Shown here piece by piece: positions 1 through 12,862 of a DNA stretch of 64,000 nucleotides; positions within the stretch are counted from its first letter, which is position 1, and every line of letters begins with the position of its first letter. Under the pieces are notes generated by a model. That model was not told where the DNA came from, made no database searches, and worked only from the letters and a program-made list of their open reading frames with translations. The stretch lies in NCBI RefSeq assembly GCF_009914755.1, contig NC_060926.1; one strand, 5' to 3'. The translations under genes were made by a program, and so were the position numbers. This DNA is from the human T2T-CHM13v2.0 reference genome, Homo sapiens.

Positions 1-36
1 CTTGTCACAGATGTTCCCTGGATTTCTTGTATCTGA

Positions 37-490
<454 letters not shown>

Positions 491-1589
491 CATTAATTTT
501 TTAAGATTTTTTTTTCCTTGTCTTTGTCTGAATTAGTTTGAAAGACTAGTCTTTAAGCTCTGACATTCTTTCTGCTGCTTGGTTCAATCTATTGATAAAG
601 CTTTCAATTATATTTTGAAATTGTTTTTTCAATTCCAGAAGCTCTGATTGATTTATTTTAAGATGTTTATCTCTTCCTTTATTTCCTGGATTGGTTTAGA
701 AGTTTCTTTTTGTTAATTTTCAACCTTTTTTAAGATCTTCTTGAGCTTCCTTGCAACCCATGCTTTGAATTCTTTGTCTGTCATTTTTGAGCTTCCATTT
801 TGGTTAGAAGCCATTGCTGGAGAGCTAGTGTGATACTTTGGTGGTACTGCTATTATACATTTTGTATCGTATGTATTATACATATAATACATTCTGATTT
901 TTCATGGTGGCAGAATTCTTTCACTGGTTTCTTCTCATTTGGAAATGCTGACACTTCCAAATTTTTCTAATTATTTTCATTTGGGTAGGAATTTTTCTCC
1001 CCTATAATATTGTTTATTTATTTTTCTTTCGATTTCCCCCCTTTTCCCCTCCATAGATTGTGTGTCTATAGAGAATGTTAGGTATGGTCTTTTGGCTTTG
1101 CTTCCATATGTAGTCCTCTGCACTTCTTTCGGTAGGTTTTACATGGGTTGTGTGGTTTGATCTACAAGCCAGTAGATGGCACTTATGGGTAAGAACTGGA
1201 TGCAGCCAACGTGGTTGGGTATATACTTGATCCTTATGTATCAGGAGAAGCTCTCTGTTGCCTTGGACAATGGGCTGATCTGTGGAGTGCCCAGTGGTTT
1301 CAGCTCGCTGCTTAGCCCCAGGGGGTTGGAGGCAAGATGGACAGAGCCAGACCAGGCAGGCCCAGCTTCAGGTCTCCTGATAACAGGCACGACATCAGTG
1401 CCATGGGAAAGTCCAGTGGCTGGTGACCAAGCATCCTGAAGTGAGCTTAGGCAGGGAGCTGGGAGACCTGCACAGGCAGGGGGCAGCCTAAACCTAATCC
1501 AGGAGAGCAGTTGCTCAAGATGACTAAAAACATTCCTGGGTGTAGAGTGCAGAGTGCTCTGCTGTAGGAAGTAAGGTGGTTTGACCTTC

Positions 1590-2150
1590 TGATCCAGGTG
1601 AGCTGGTGCTCTAACTGCATGGAGATCTGCCTAGGCATTGAGTGGAGAAGGCCCCACTGTACCACAGTCTCTGGGCATGGAACAGAAAGGGTCCTGCTGC
1701 ATTGTGATCTCTGTGCAGAAAGGATGAAGCAGTTCAGAATGCCAAGCTGGGTGAGCAGGTGCTCCAAATACCTGGAGATCTGCCTGGATGTGAAATGGAG
1801 AGGGCCCCCTGCACCATGATCTCTGCACAGAAGGTTGGGACAGGTCAGGCTGCTGACTGAGTGCTCTGGATGCCTGGAGATATACCTGAGCATAAAGTGG
1901 AGAGGACATACTGCACCACAATCTATGCCCCGGTAGGGTGGAGCAGCTCAGGTTGCTGATCCAGGAGAGAAGTTGCTCTGAATGCTTGGAGGTTTTCCTA
2001 GATATGAAGTGAAAAGGGCCTCACAGAACCAAGATCTCTGCACAGGAAGGGTGGGGCAGGTCAGGCTGCTAATCCATATGAGTAAGTGCTTTGAATGCCT
2101 GGAGTTCTGCCTGGGGTGGATCAGAGTGATCCCTGCTGTACCACTATCTC
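1590..2150. repeat. Degenerate tandem monomers (~102-153 bp, at least 5 copies) in the L1 5'UTR
   Basis: Anchor ggagatctgcct-like motif at 1621, 1774, 1876, 1988 and 2101; atctctgcacag and caggtcaggctgct also recur. Confidence 0.85.
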
Positions 2151-4440
2151 AGGGGATCAGGCTGGAGTACCCAGCAATGACACATGCAAACTAGTTCCAG
2201 GTCACCAAGCTGGCCTTGACTGCAAGCCTTGCCTACCAGAAGAAAGTGCAGCTGTAGCAGCTCTCCTCCTGCCCCAGAGCAGTCCTAATGCCTATTTCTG
2301 AGGTGCTTTCCAAAATTCTGGCTTTGGAGGTACCTACCCTGCTCCAGAACAAATGCACCAATCTCTAGCCTGAGTTGGAAATGCCTGCATGGCTACACTG
2401 GTGGTTCCCCAAAGAAGGACTGACTTTGTATACATTCAGATTAAAAATGGCATCCTGCTCTCAGTTCTAGGTCTAGGAAAATGCCTCTAGTTTTTCCTGG
2501 TGCGTTTTCCTCTCAATGCCTCCAAACCTTTCCCTATGTTAGCTCCAGGTCTTGGGAGAAATGAAGTGCTCTCCCTTTGCCTGGGTTGCTTGGATTCCCA
2601 GTGGAAAGATGAGTCACAGAAGGAAGTTCCCTGCATCTTTTACGTACTGGGGTTTCACTCATTTTTATCAGCCAGATTCTGTCACAGAGGCTGTTGGACC
2701 ACATTTTCCTCCTTGGGATCTGGGATGTACATCACAATTTCAGTGGAATCCTGTTTTCCTTCTTGAATTAAAGCACAGAAAGTTGATCTTTATGCACTAT
2801 CTTGCTGCTTCCAAGTGGCAGAGGCATACTAAAATCCCCTACTCTGCTATCTTGGGGGAAAAAAGAAAATTGAAATAAACTAAAATTTAATATTATGACT
2901 AAGTTATAATTTAGTAGTCTGTGTGAAAGCAGAAAGAAGTCTAAGAAGGCTTATACTACACAAGTACCTATTAGGTACTCACATGTAATTATTGTGTAAA
3001 CATATATAATATTTTATTTGCCTGTACATTTTATCTATCTAGCTAGCTGTATCTTAACGACCTATGTCTCTATTTTCAGTAATATCCCTTTGAGGATGAG
3101 GAAGATAATAGACAAGGGCCACTAATAAAGCAGTAGCACTTGAAGTTACTTGTTCAAAATCAAAACACACTATATTCTTTGGAGAAATGATTTTTATTGC
3201 TACAGTTAGGAAGAGAGCCTGGATTGCTCCTTTGTTTTGGTCCAGTGTGTTTTGGTTCTGGCAGAGATTTTGTTGTTATAATGGTCTCATTGCAGTACTC
3301 AAACTAGAAATAGCAGGTGTAAGAAATGACATCATTTTCTCCAGGAACTGCAATGACAATAAAAAAAAATCATGTGCAGTTGAAATACTTGGAGTTTCAT
3401 ATCAATACTGGATTCCTGAGCACATATTAATTTATTCACCAATCTCTCTCTAACATACCACTCTGCTTCAACCTCTATAATTGCCTAATACAATTATTAT
3501 TGTTGTAATTTATAGGTGTCACCTCTTATTTGTATGCCACAGAGTACTTTGCTGTCCAAACCTAGTCATTACATAACTTCCACCTTCACCCCATAGACTG
3601 AGGAAAAAGCTCATTTATATCCAGAGCTTAATAACTTATGCTTATCACATAATTTTATCTCTTTCAATTTTATCTCTCAGAATTTTCCTCCAAAATCACT
3701 AAAAAAGTTACGAGATCCTGAGACTCAAAATTGGTAAGAACTTTGGTTTCTGTGTTCTAGAAAACAGTGACCACTTAATTATAAAAGTTCAGAAATTATA
3801 CAATAACAATTTGGCATCCAATTGAGAATATACTATTAGCATCTAATTATTCTCTATTGAATTTTCTGACCTGAATGTATTACTTATGAATGAGAATAGA
3901 GGAAAAAATGACTTGTTTGTTCAATAAACCCTTTTATGATTTATCCAAGCTACTTAATTTAGTGCTTACTTTTTTTGAGTACTGCACCTTGAGAAAATGC
4001 ATCCTACAAAATACCCTGTTTGTCCAGAACATTTATTTGGAATGAATTAAAGCTCTTAAAGGTGCTACTATTTTCTTGCTTTATCATGCCTTTAGGAGAT
4101 TTCTTAGTTCCTGTCAAGGTACCCAATACTCCTTGTTAAAGGTTGATGTAAAATGCCACAAAACAACTCTAGGGGTGTGTGGGCAGTCTTCATAATGTCA
4201 AAGAGATGTTATATTTATTTATAATGAAACTGTAGTTATTTACTTTCGATTTTAAGCTGATTTGTCACTTTAATTTTCTGTTCAATCATGCCACTTTAAA
4301 CAAAGGAAATAAAAATAGAGATAAACAATATGATCACTTTATTAATTAATATCATTGAAAAAGAAGTCATATAAGTTTTGTGAAACACATCTCAAAGTTG
4401 CATATAAAATCCTACAGAATTTTTGCCTGCATATTCCCTA

Positions 4441-4531
4441 CTTTAAATGCTGAAACAATAACACAATTGTTGGCAGTTAACAAGAAAATGTTATTGAAGA
4501 AATCTACTTACTAAACATGACCTAACCTTGT
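4441..4531 (+). repeat. Copy 1 of a ~90-bp dispersed direct duplication (copy 2 at 7448-7843, split by an AluY)
   Basis: ctttaaatgctgaaaca..aacaca..tgttggcagt.aacaa...atg(t)ttattgaag.aatct...atgacctaacct.gt is present at both places. Confidence 0.85.
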
Positions 4532-5009
4532 CCTATTTTTCATGCTGTTTTTTTAATCTACAGCGATACAAGGCTTTTGTGAGCTTCTAGAACAGATCAG
4601 GTCCCCAAAGAAAAGTACATGGGCAAGCAATTAAGAAAGCTTTAGAAGTGGCTGGCTTGCTTGCGAGCTGCTCATAATGATCATCATTGTTCTTAGACTC
4701 AAATCTGCGACTAGTGGTAAAATAAGAGGATGAACACATGAGGGCAAACTTGGTAAATTTCAGCAGTGAAACAGAGGAGAAGGAATACACATCCTTAATG
4801 AGATATTCAATACCAAAGCTAAGATTAAACATATATCTAATCTTGCCATATCTTTGGTATTGAATATCTCCCCTATTTCACAGATAAGATGAAACAAATT
4901 CAAAAACAGAAAGATTTAGCCAGCTTATTCATTCACATTCCTTACCTTTTATTCTTATATATTCTTCTGGACTCTCTATTCTTCCATTTGTTTCTTTATA
5001 CTGAAATCA

Positions 5010-5238
5010 GAATTCCTACAGCGGCACTACTGACATTTGGATGGGTTGATTCTTTGATGGGTGAATGGAGGCTGGACTGTCTTGTACACTGTAAGCTGCT
5101 TAGCCGTATCCCTGATTTTTATTCACTACATTTCATACACACAACTATCCTGTACCCTAATTACCACAACTAAAATTGTCTCTAGATATTGGCAAATATT
5201 CCCTGGGAGGTAAAATTACCCCTAGTTTAGAACCACTG
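5010..5238 (-). mobile_element. MER20 (hAT-Charlie non-autonomous DNA transposon)
   Basis: ggcactactgacatttgg...tgtctctagatattggcaaatattccctgggaggtaaaattacccctagtttagaaccactg matches the recalled MER20 consensus and terminus. Confidence 0.8.
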
Positions 5239-5256
5239 TACTGAAAGGAAAAGAAA

Positions 5257-5700
5257 CTGTATTAAATTAGGTGATGCTGACTTCTTTTCTTAGATCTCAG
5301 TTGCTTAACACAATAAAAGATTATGTTTTTCTTACATTATAGGAAAGTGTAGACATTTTTGGTCAGATGGTCTAGCATAGTATGATGAAGAAATTTAAGC
5401 TCTTTACATCTTACAGATCTATCTTCTTCGAGGAGCTTCAAGTCCTCTCCATTCATCCTGAAGATGAGAAAAGAGACCAGAAAAAAACACATTCAATTTT
5501 TAAATTACTTGGGAGAGGAATAGATATATACGTTTTATTTTTTATCTTCCATTAAGAAAAATATTAATTAGTCTCACATAGATGTACATAAACTGGGAAG
5601 TGTAGTTCCTAGACAGGCTGCCATTTCAAAGCAATTATCACACTTGAAGAAAAGCAGCAAAAGTCTTTGGGGGGCAGAGATGAGGTTCCACTTAGCCTTC
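5257..5700 (-). mobile_element. Old ERVL/MaLR-type LTR remnant (LTR33/MLT1-like)
   Basis: atctcagttgcttaacacaataaaagattatgttttt resembles the antisense poly(A)-signal end of old ERVL/MaLR LTRs; heavily diverged. Confidence 0.4.
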
Positions 5701-6669
5701 TTTGCTGCATAGACTTGAAGTAGTTTATACTTCTTTATGTGCCCCCTCAGTTTGGGATGCTGATAGAGGTTTGCGAGAGGAACCAAACCAAGGTACCCCT
5801 GGACAGAGAATATTTTAAAATATTTAGCCCGAAGGGAAAAAAATCAGAAACCTACAGACATTATAGTTCTATAATTGGGATGATAAGAAACATATGATTT
5901 TGAGCCTTTCAAAAAATGTGCCACATATTTTAGAAGATTGAGAGGCTTCATAAGAATCTTGTAAACCCATATGATTGTGGAGATGCCAATTAGGCTATTT
6001 AAAATTAATTGCCTTTTTTACGTAGGGACTATGATGGCCTTGATGACAATGTGACAAAACTTGAAACACAAGGAAGATGGTCTTTTGAAAGCCAGAACAT
6101 TATCTCCTTAGGAGTAACCAGCAATGTAGGTCTTGATTTTTGAAAACTGTCTCCCTCAGTAAGGTCTTTGTTATAAGTGTCTCCAGAGAGCTATCCCTGG
6201 TTCTGATATTTTATTCCCAACTTTTCTGTAACGAAGGGACAATATCTTTATTCTTGACCCAATATTTGCCTCAAACATTGTCCTCCTGACTTTAACTATC
6301 CTTTACACTACTGTCCACTGGACCAAAATCAATCTGTGAAGCCATCATTACACCTTAAACAATTTCCAATTTTATTTTCATCAACTTTGTGCCTGCTGCC
6401 TGAGTTAATAAGTACCTAGTTTAATCTTCACATGTCCAGGATATGCCCCAGAACTACATTCTGTTTTCTACCTGTATTAGTTATACATCACCATAAGATA
6501 CATATATTGTGCATATAGCCAATGTTTAGGGAAGTACTTTCATAAGGAATCAATAACTATTGTAAAAGTTAAACTAATTTTCATGGGTTGTTACTGTTAA
6601 AATATTAGAGAATGACTTAGAGATAAATCTAAGTTCAAAATCTAAATTAGTGATAGTATGATATATTAT

Positions 6670-7348
6670 TGATATGGTTTGGCTCTGTGTTCCCACCCAA
6701 ATCTCATCTTGAATTGTAATCCCCAAATTCCCCACGTGTCAAGGGAGGAAGCTGGTGGGAGGTGATTGGATCAAGGGGGCAGTTTCCCCCATGCTGTTCT
6801 TGTAATATTGAGTGAGTTCTCATGAGATCTGATTTAAACAAAATGTTATTTTACTTTAAGTTCTGTGATACATGTGCCAAACGTGCAGGTTTGTTACACA
6901 GGTATACATGTGCCATGGTGGTTTGCTGCACCTATCAACCCATCATCCAGGTTTTAAGCTCCCCATGCATTAGGTATTTGTCCTAATTCTCCCTCGTCTT
7001 GCCCCGGATTCCCTGACAGGCCCAGGTGTGTGATGTACCACTCCCTGTGTACATGTGATGTCATTGTTCAACTCCTACTTATGAGTGAAAACAAGTGGTG
7101 TTTGCTTTTCTGTTCCTGTGTTAGTTTGCAGAGGATGATGGTTTTATAAGTGTTTGACAGTTCCTCTTTCACATGCTCTCTCTGGCCTACAGCCACATAA
7201 GACATGCCTGCTTCTCCTTCCGCCATGATTGTAAGTTTCCTGAGACCTCCCAAGCCATGCCACACTGTGAGTCAATTAATCCTCTTTCCTTTATAAACCA
7301 CCCCATCTCAGGCAGTTATTTGTAGCAGCATGAGAACAAACTAATACA
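6670..7348 (+). mobile_element. THE1 (THE1C/D-like) MaLR solo LTR, split by an L1 fragment
   Basis: Starts tgatatggtttggctctgtgttcccacccaaatctcatcttgaattgtaat and ends gagaacaaactaataca; 5-bp TSD ATTAT at 6665-6669 and 7349-7353. Confidence 0.92.
6833..7139 (-). mobile_element. 5'-truncated L1PA (PA7/PA8-like) 3' end inside the THE1 LTR
   Basis: tactttaagttctgtgatacatgtgcc..caggtttgttac..gcattaggtatttgtcctaat..ttagtttgcagaggatgatg is antisense L1PA 3'UTR; THE1 resumes at ggttttataag. Confidence 0.88.
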
Positions 7349-7507
7349 ATTATGAAAATAATGATTTAGCTGTAAATTTATACTTTTGCTAATTAAGTTT
7401 CTCATCTTTTTCGGTAATCCCAATGATTACCTGTAAAAGGTGAAGTGCTTTAAATGCTGAAACAGTAACACATCTGTTGGCAGTGAACAAAAAAAATGTT
7501 TATTGAA

Positions 7508-7915
<408 letters not shown>

Positions 7916-9139
7916 TTATAAGTGCTGTCTTCATACTCAATATATTATCTCACATGATTCCATGTAATGTGCATGTTTCACTCTGTCAGTAAGGAAAGAA
8001 AGGATAAGAGATCAGTTTGGTATTATGTTTTGGTTATTTTCTTCAGTGACCTTTTAGCATATAAAGTGTAATTCTTATGCCAAACACACAAAACACGTTA
8101 CCTGAACTAAGAAGAACTGTATTTTTCAGGGTTGACTCCTATGAAAGAGTAAGTTTTAACAGCCCAGGGCACAAATAAACCAGCTTGAGGAATATTGATC
8201 AGGCAGGCTTGCAGTATTTGAGCTGACTGGAAAATGTACTTTTGCTCCTCAATTAGAATCAAGTTCAGAATCAAGAAAACTAGAGAAATTTCTTAAAAAT
8301 ATAAAACAAAACACACCTGAAGTGTAAGGAGCTCTAATTTTTATAAGAATTAAGTTAAGTCAGGGATTCTCAAGAGAAGAAAAAATTTATATACTGCCAT
8401 GAGAATGGTATACCTAAGACACTTTATTTTCCTTGCATCTGGGTTGACGTTTTTCCAGATAATAAGATAAAATGTACTTGATTTCTATACGTTTTATTTA
8501 ATATAAAGTAAATCTGAATATTTTAATTTGTGTTTCATTGGCCTAATAATATATTATACTATTAAACATTGAAACATGTAAAATCATATGCATAATTCCC
8601 TTGCTAGATTCTCCATAGAAATCAAAAGAAACTGACAAATACAGCAAGATTTCTATACTTAATGAGACATTCCTTTTTATGCAGTTAAGACCCATGTCAT
8701 TTGAACATGGGAAGGGAAAAGTTCAACCTAAGTGGTATGAACAAAACATATTTATAGGCTATTTTTAAAATGTTGACCTTTGCTATACTAAATATTGTCG
8801 ATCATGGATAGAAATTTATAAAATTTTCAGCCCATTTTTCAGTTGTTTGAATAGTAGATATAGCTTGAAGGTAAAAATAATTCTCAAGCACTAGGATAAT
8901 CAGTCCAGTTTGACAGTAATCCTAGATTATTGATTATATGATTTAAGCTTTGCCGACTGCTTTCATTTTACCCATACACACATCTGGCAATTTTGTTGTT
9001 TACCCAGCATATAGCTGATCTTCAAACGCCTAAGGAAAAAATCATTTTAAAGAATGATATTGTTCACTTCTTAAAATCAGGTAATATGTGGCCATGTTCT
9101 TCCCTGTATGCCTGTATTCTTCCTTAAATGTTTTCTAAG

Positions 9140-9304
9140 ACCATGTTTTACAAACTTTAAGTACATGTGAATCATGTGTGCATCTTGTTAAAATGTAGAA
9201 TCTGGACAGCAGGTCTGGAGTAGAGCTTGATATTCTGTGTTTCTTGCAAGCTCCCAGGTGATGCTGATGGTGCTCATCTGCAGACCACATTTCTAATAGT
9301 GAGG
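9140..9304. mobile_element. MER5A/MER5A1 (hAT-Charlie)
   Basis: atcttgttaaaatgtagaatctg...caagctcccaggtgatgctgatggtgct...gaccacattt, typical MER5A core. Confidence 0.75.
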
Positions 9305-9399
9305 CATTAGTCTGCAATGCAATCGTGGTGAAATATTTAACCTTCTTATTTTAGGACCTCCATTTTCACAAAAGAAATGCAATAGGGACAAGTGACATA

Positions 9400-9650
9400 T
9401 CACGATTAAGAGTATGGGTCTTGTGTCAGGTGACCTGAATTTGACTTCCAGTTTTCTCCCTTCCTTTTCTCTTGACTAAGCTGCTAAACCTGTCTACACC
9501 TCAGCTTTCCATTATATAAAAGTGGATAATATCTGGTTCTGCATCATGGAGTTGTTGTGTGAATTATATAGGATGATGCTTATAAAGTTCCTAGCCTACT
9601 GACTGGCAGGAATGTAGTTAAGTACTGTAAGATATTAGGTATTATTATTT
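9400..9650 (+). mobile_element. MIR SINE
   Basis: gattaagagtatgggtct..cctgaatttga..ctcagctttccattatataaaagtggataat..gttgttgtgtgaatta..tattattatt; MIR core and tail. Confidence 0.7.
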
Positions 9651-11660
9651 ATATTTACAACCTCTGAAGTTGAAGGGGTTTCTAAAATTATGTAGTGTGA
9701 CGCTTTATTATAAAAGCTTGAAATATTGAGACATGTAAGATAAACTGAGTTTCTTTGAATCACTAAGCAAATGTTTGTTAATGGCCTGGGTGGTAGCATA
9801 TTAGAGGCAAGATCTGAGAGAAAATCTGGAGGGATAAATACAAGGGAAAGAAAGTTCTTTATTTGTACAAAAACAAATTAAACTGAAACAAACCAAGCAT
9901 ATGCCTTATTACTTAACAGATACTTATATTTTTTAAAATACATTTCTATTCTTCCAAACATCAAGTTATTTGTGATATTTCAATTTATAATACCACTTAT
10001 AGAATTTTAGAGGCATTTTTAGAAGAGAAAATCTTCAAGTGAAAATAGAAATTTATGACATAACTCTGCAAAGAGTAATTGCTTGGCAGATAACATCACA
10101 TTCTTTCATACTTAAACGTTTCTTGTTCATTTTAAGTTGTGTGTCTATCACTGTCTGGCGCTGAAATCAAGAGACAGGCATTTTAATTCCATTTCTGTGA
10201 CTCACTGATTGTGGCTTCTTGAGTAAGTTACTTAATCTATCTCTGGATCAGTTTTATCAACTATAAAATATACATTTTTTCTCCAATCATTATAGTCATG
10301 GGTATTGATAAAAAATGTGTTGTTGACTATTATCAGTATGAGTTCGTAATAACACACCTTCAGCAATTGATTAAGGCCATTAGTAGCTTAAGCACTTTGT
10401 GTAGGGAATCCTATGTCAGTGACTTATGCAGTCATAGAAAGTAAGGACTCATTTCTTTGTGTTAAAAAGACTGAGAAATTGGGTCAATTTTATGCAGCTG
10501 TCAATGTTATGCAAGCTACATTATTAACTATACATGTGTAGGCCCCTGTATTTTCTTAAAAGAAAAAAGTACATCACACCATTGTAAAATATTAAGTTTA
10601 TTTCCAGCTGAACTTTGTAAATAAGTTTTAATTTTATTTAATTGTATTAGGGTGTATATGCAAATTGTCTATGACGCTTTACAAAACATTTTCTTATAAC
10701 TTGAGTTGGGGTTATTTTTCCATTATTTTATGCCTCTATGGCCTTCCTTCTTTCTTACAAAATGGCATCCAAATGCAGACATATTAATAGAAAACATATG
10801 GTCTTAGTAAAGTGGATTCTTAACTTTTTGTCAGAGATGGATTAATGGTTACTGACTCAGATATGTCTCTACAGGAAGTACATTTCGAAGCTCTAGATTG
10901 TGAAGTTTCCTGTGTTCCCGAAGATTTTCTTCCTAATCAAGATAAAGATTTATCTAACAAACGTTCATTTCCTTTGAAATTGGAAAAGTATTAAGAAATA
11001 TGATTTTTTTTTTTAGTTGCCTCAAGTAAAGCCTACCAAAACTATTTGGGCAGCTTCTCCTTATTTCTTTCTAGAGATTTTGCATATAAACTTCTTTTAC
11101 CTATTGAGAATGCTATTATTTCAGCATTTTTCATGTGCCCGTTGCTGATTGTTCCTGAAGCCCCATCCCTTTAACTGTCATCTGTCCCTCTGTGGGTCAT
11201 TCAGGAACACCAGATAGAGCTAGTGCTTATATTTATAACTTTGGCCCAACATGATAGTTGATGCAAGTGTAAAGAATATTTTAAGAGGTAACTTAAGCAT
11301 GTGGAATAGAAAGCACAATATCTCTCTAGGTGTATTCCTACAAGAGTGCTATCAAATTAAATTAACATTTTTAGTCAAAGAAAAGGACTAAAAGGTGTTC
11401 TGGCCTCCTTAATAAAGCTCTTTTCTTAATTTAGGAAGCTTCGAGCTTTAAACATTTGGTTTGAAATGTGTCTAGTAAAAATGCCTGAATTGTCTAAGCC
11501 TATGTAAAAGTCTGTGAGAAGGAATGTTCAGGAGCCTTCTCTGTTTACAAATGTTTCCCTTAGCACATCAGCAGTTTGCCTGGCCCCCAGATAACATTTT
11601 GAAATATGTCTTAGCCAAACGTCAAACCAGATAGTTAATTATAAGAATAGATATTTTCTT

Positions 11661-12133
11661 GGTTGAAAATTCTTTTCTTTAAGAATGTTGAATATTGGCC
11701 CCCACTCTCTTCTGGCTTGTAGGGTTTCTGCCGAGAGATCTGCTGTTAGTCTGATGGGCTTCCCTTTGAGGGTAACCTGACCTTTCTCTCTGGCTGCCCT
11801 TAACATTTTTTCCTTCATTTCAACTTTGGTGAATCTGACAATTATGTGTCTTGGAGTTGCTCTTCTCGAGGAGTATCTTTGTGGCGTTCTCTGTATTTCC
11901 TGAATCTGAACGTTGGCCTGCCTTGCTAGATTGGGGAAGTTCTCCTGGATAATATCCTGCAGAGTGTTTTCCAACTTGGTTCCATTCTCCACATCACTTT
12001 CAGGTACACCAATCAGATGTAGATTTGGTCTTTTCACATAGTCCCATATTTCTTGGAGGCTTTGCTCATTTCTTTTTATTCTTTTTTCTCTAAACTTCCC
12101 TTCTCGCTTCATTTCATTCATTTCATCTTCCAT
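11661..12133 (-). pseudogene. L1 ORF1p internal fragment (end of coiled coil, RRM, start of CTD), open frame
   Basis: MEDEMNEMKREGKFREKRIKRNEQSLQEIWDYVKRPNL...ARREWGPIFNILKEKNFQP is L1HS-like ORF1p; both termini missing. Confidence 0.92.
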
Positions 12134-12157
12134 TGCTGATACCCTTTCTTCCAGTTG

Positions 12158-12862
12158 ATCTACTCATCTGACAAAGGGCTAATATCCAGAATCTACAATG
12201 AACTCAAACAAATTTACAAGAAAAAAACAAACAACCCCATCAAAAAGTGGGCGAAGGACATGAACAGACACTTCTCAAAAGAAGACATTTATGCAGCCAA
12301 AAAACACATGAAAAAATGCTCATCATCACTGGCCATCAGAGAAATGCAAATCAAAACCACTATGAGATATCATCTCACACCAGTTAGAATGGCAATCATT
12401 AAAAAGTCAGGAAACAACAGGTGCTGGAGAGGATGTGGAGAAATAGGAACACTTTTACACTGTTGGTGGGACTGTAAACTAGTTCAACCATTGTGGAAGT
12501 CAGTGTGGCGATTCCTCAGGGATCTAGAACTAGAAATACCATTTGACCCAGCCATCCCATTACTGGGTATATACCCAAAGGACTATAAATCATGCTGCTA
12601 TAAAGACACATGCACATGTATGTTTATTGCGGCATTATTCACAATAGCAAAGACTTGGAACCAACCCAAATGTCCAACAATGATAGACTGGATTAAGAAA
12701 ATGTGGCACATATACACCATGGAATACTATGCAGCCATAAAAAATGATGAGTTCATGTCCTTTGTAGGGACATGGATGAAATTGGAAACCATCATTCTCA
12801 GTAAACTATCGCAAGAACAAAAAACCAAACACCGCATATTCTCACTCATAGGTGGGAATTGA
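12158..12862 (+). pseudogene. L1 ORF2p C-terminal ~234 aa including the cysteine-rich motif, native stop
   Basis: [13 protein letters not shown]...[18 protein letters not shown]...[11 protein letters not shown]; EN and RT domains absent. Confidence 0.93.

Noticed and set aside
1447-2301. Overlapping ORFs with internal repeats; superficially an array or repeat protein
   Set aside because: They come from degenerate L1 5'UTR monomers. There is no repeat-spacer structure and the DNA is primate, so not CRISPR.
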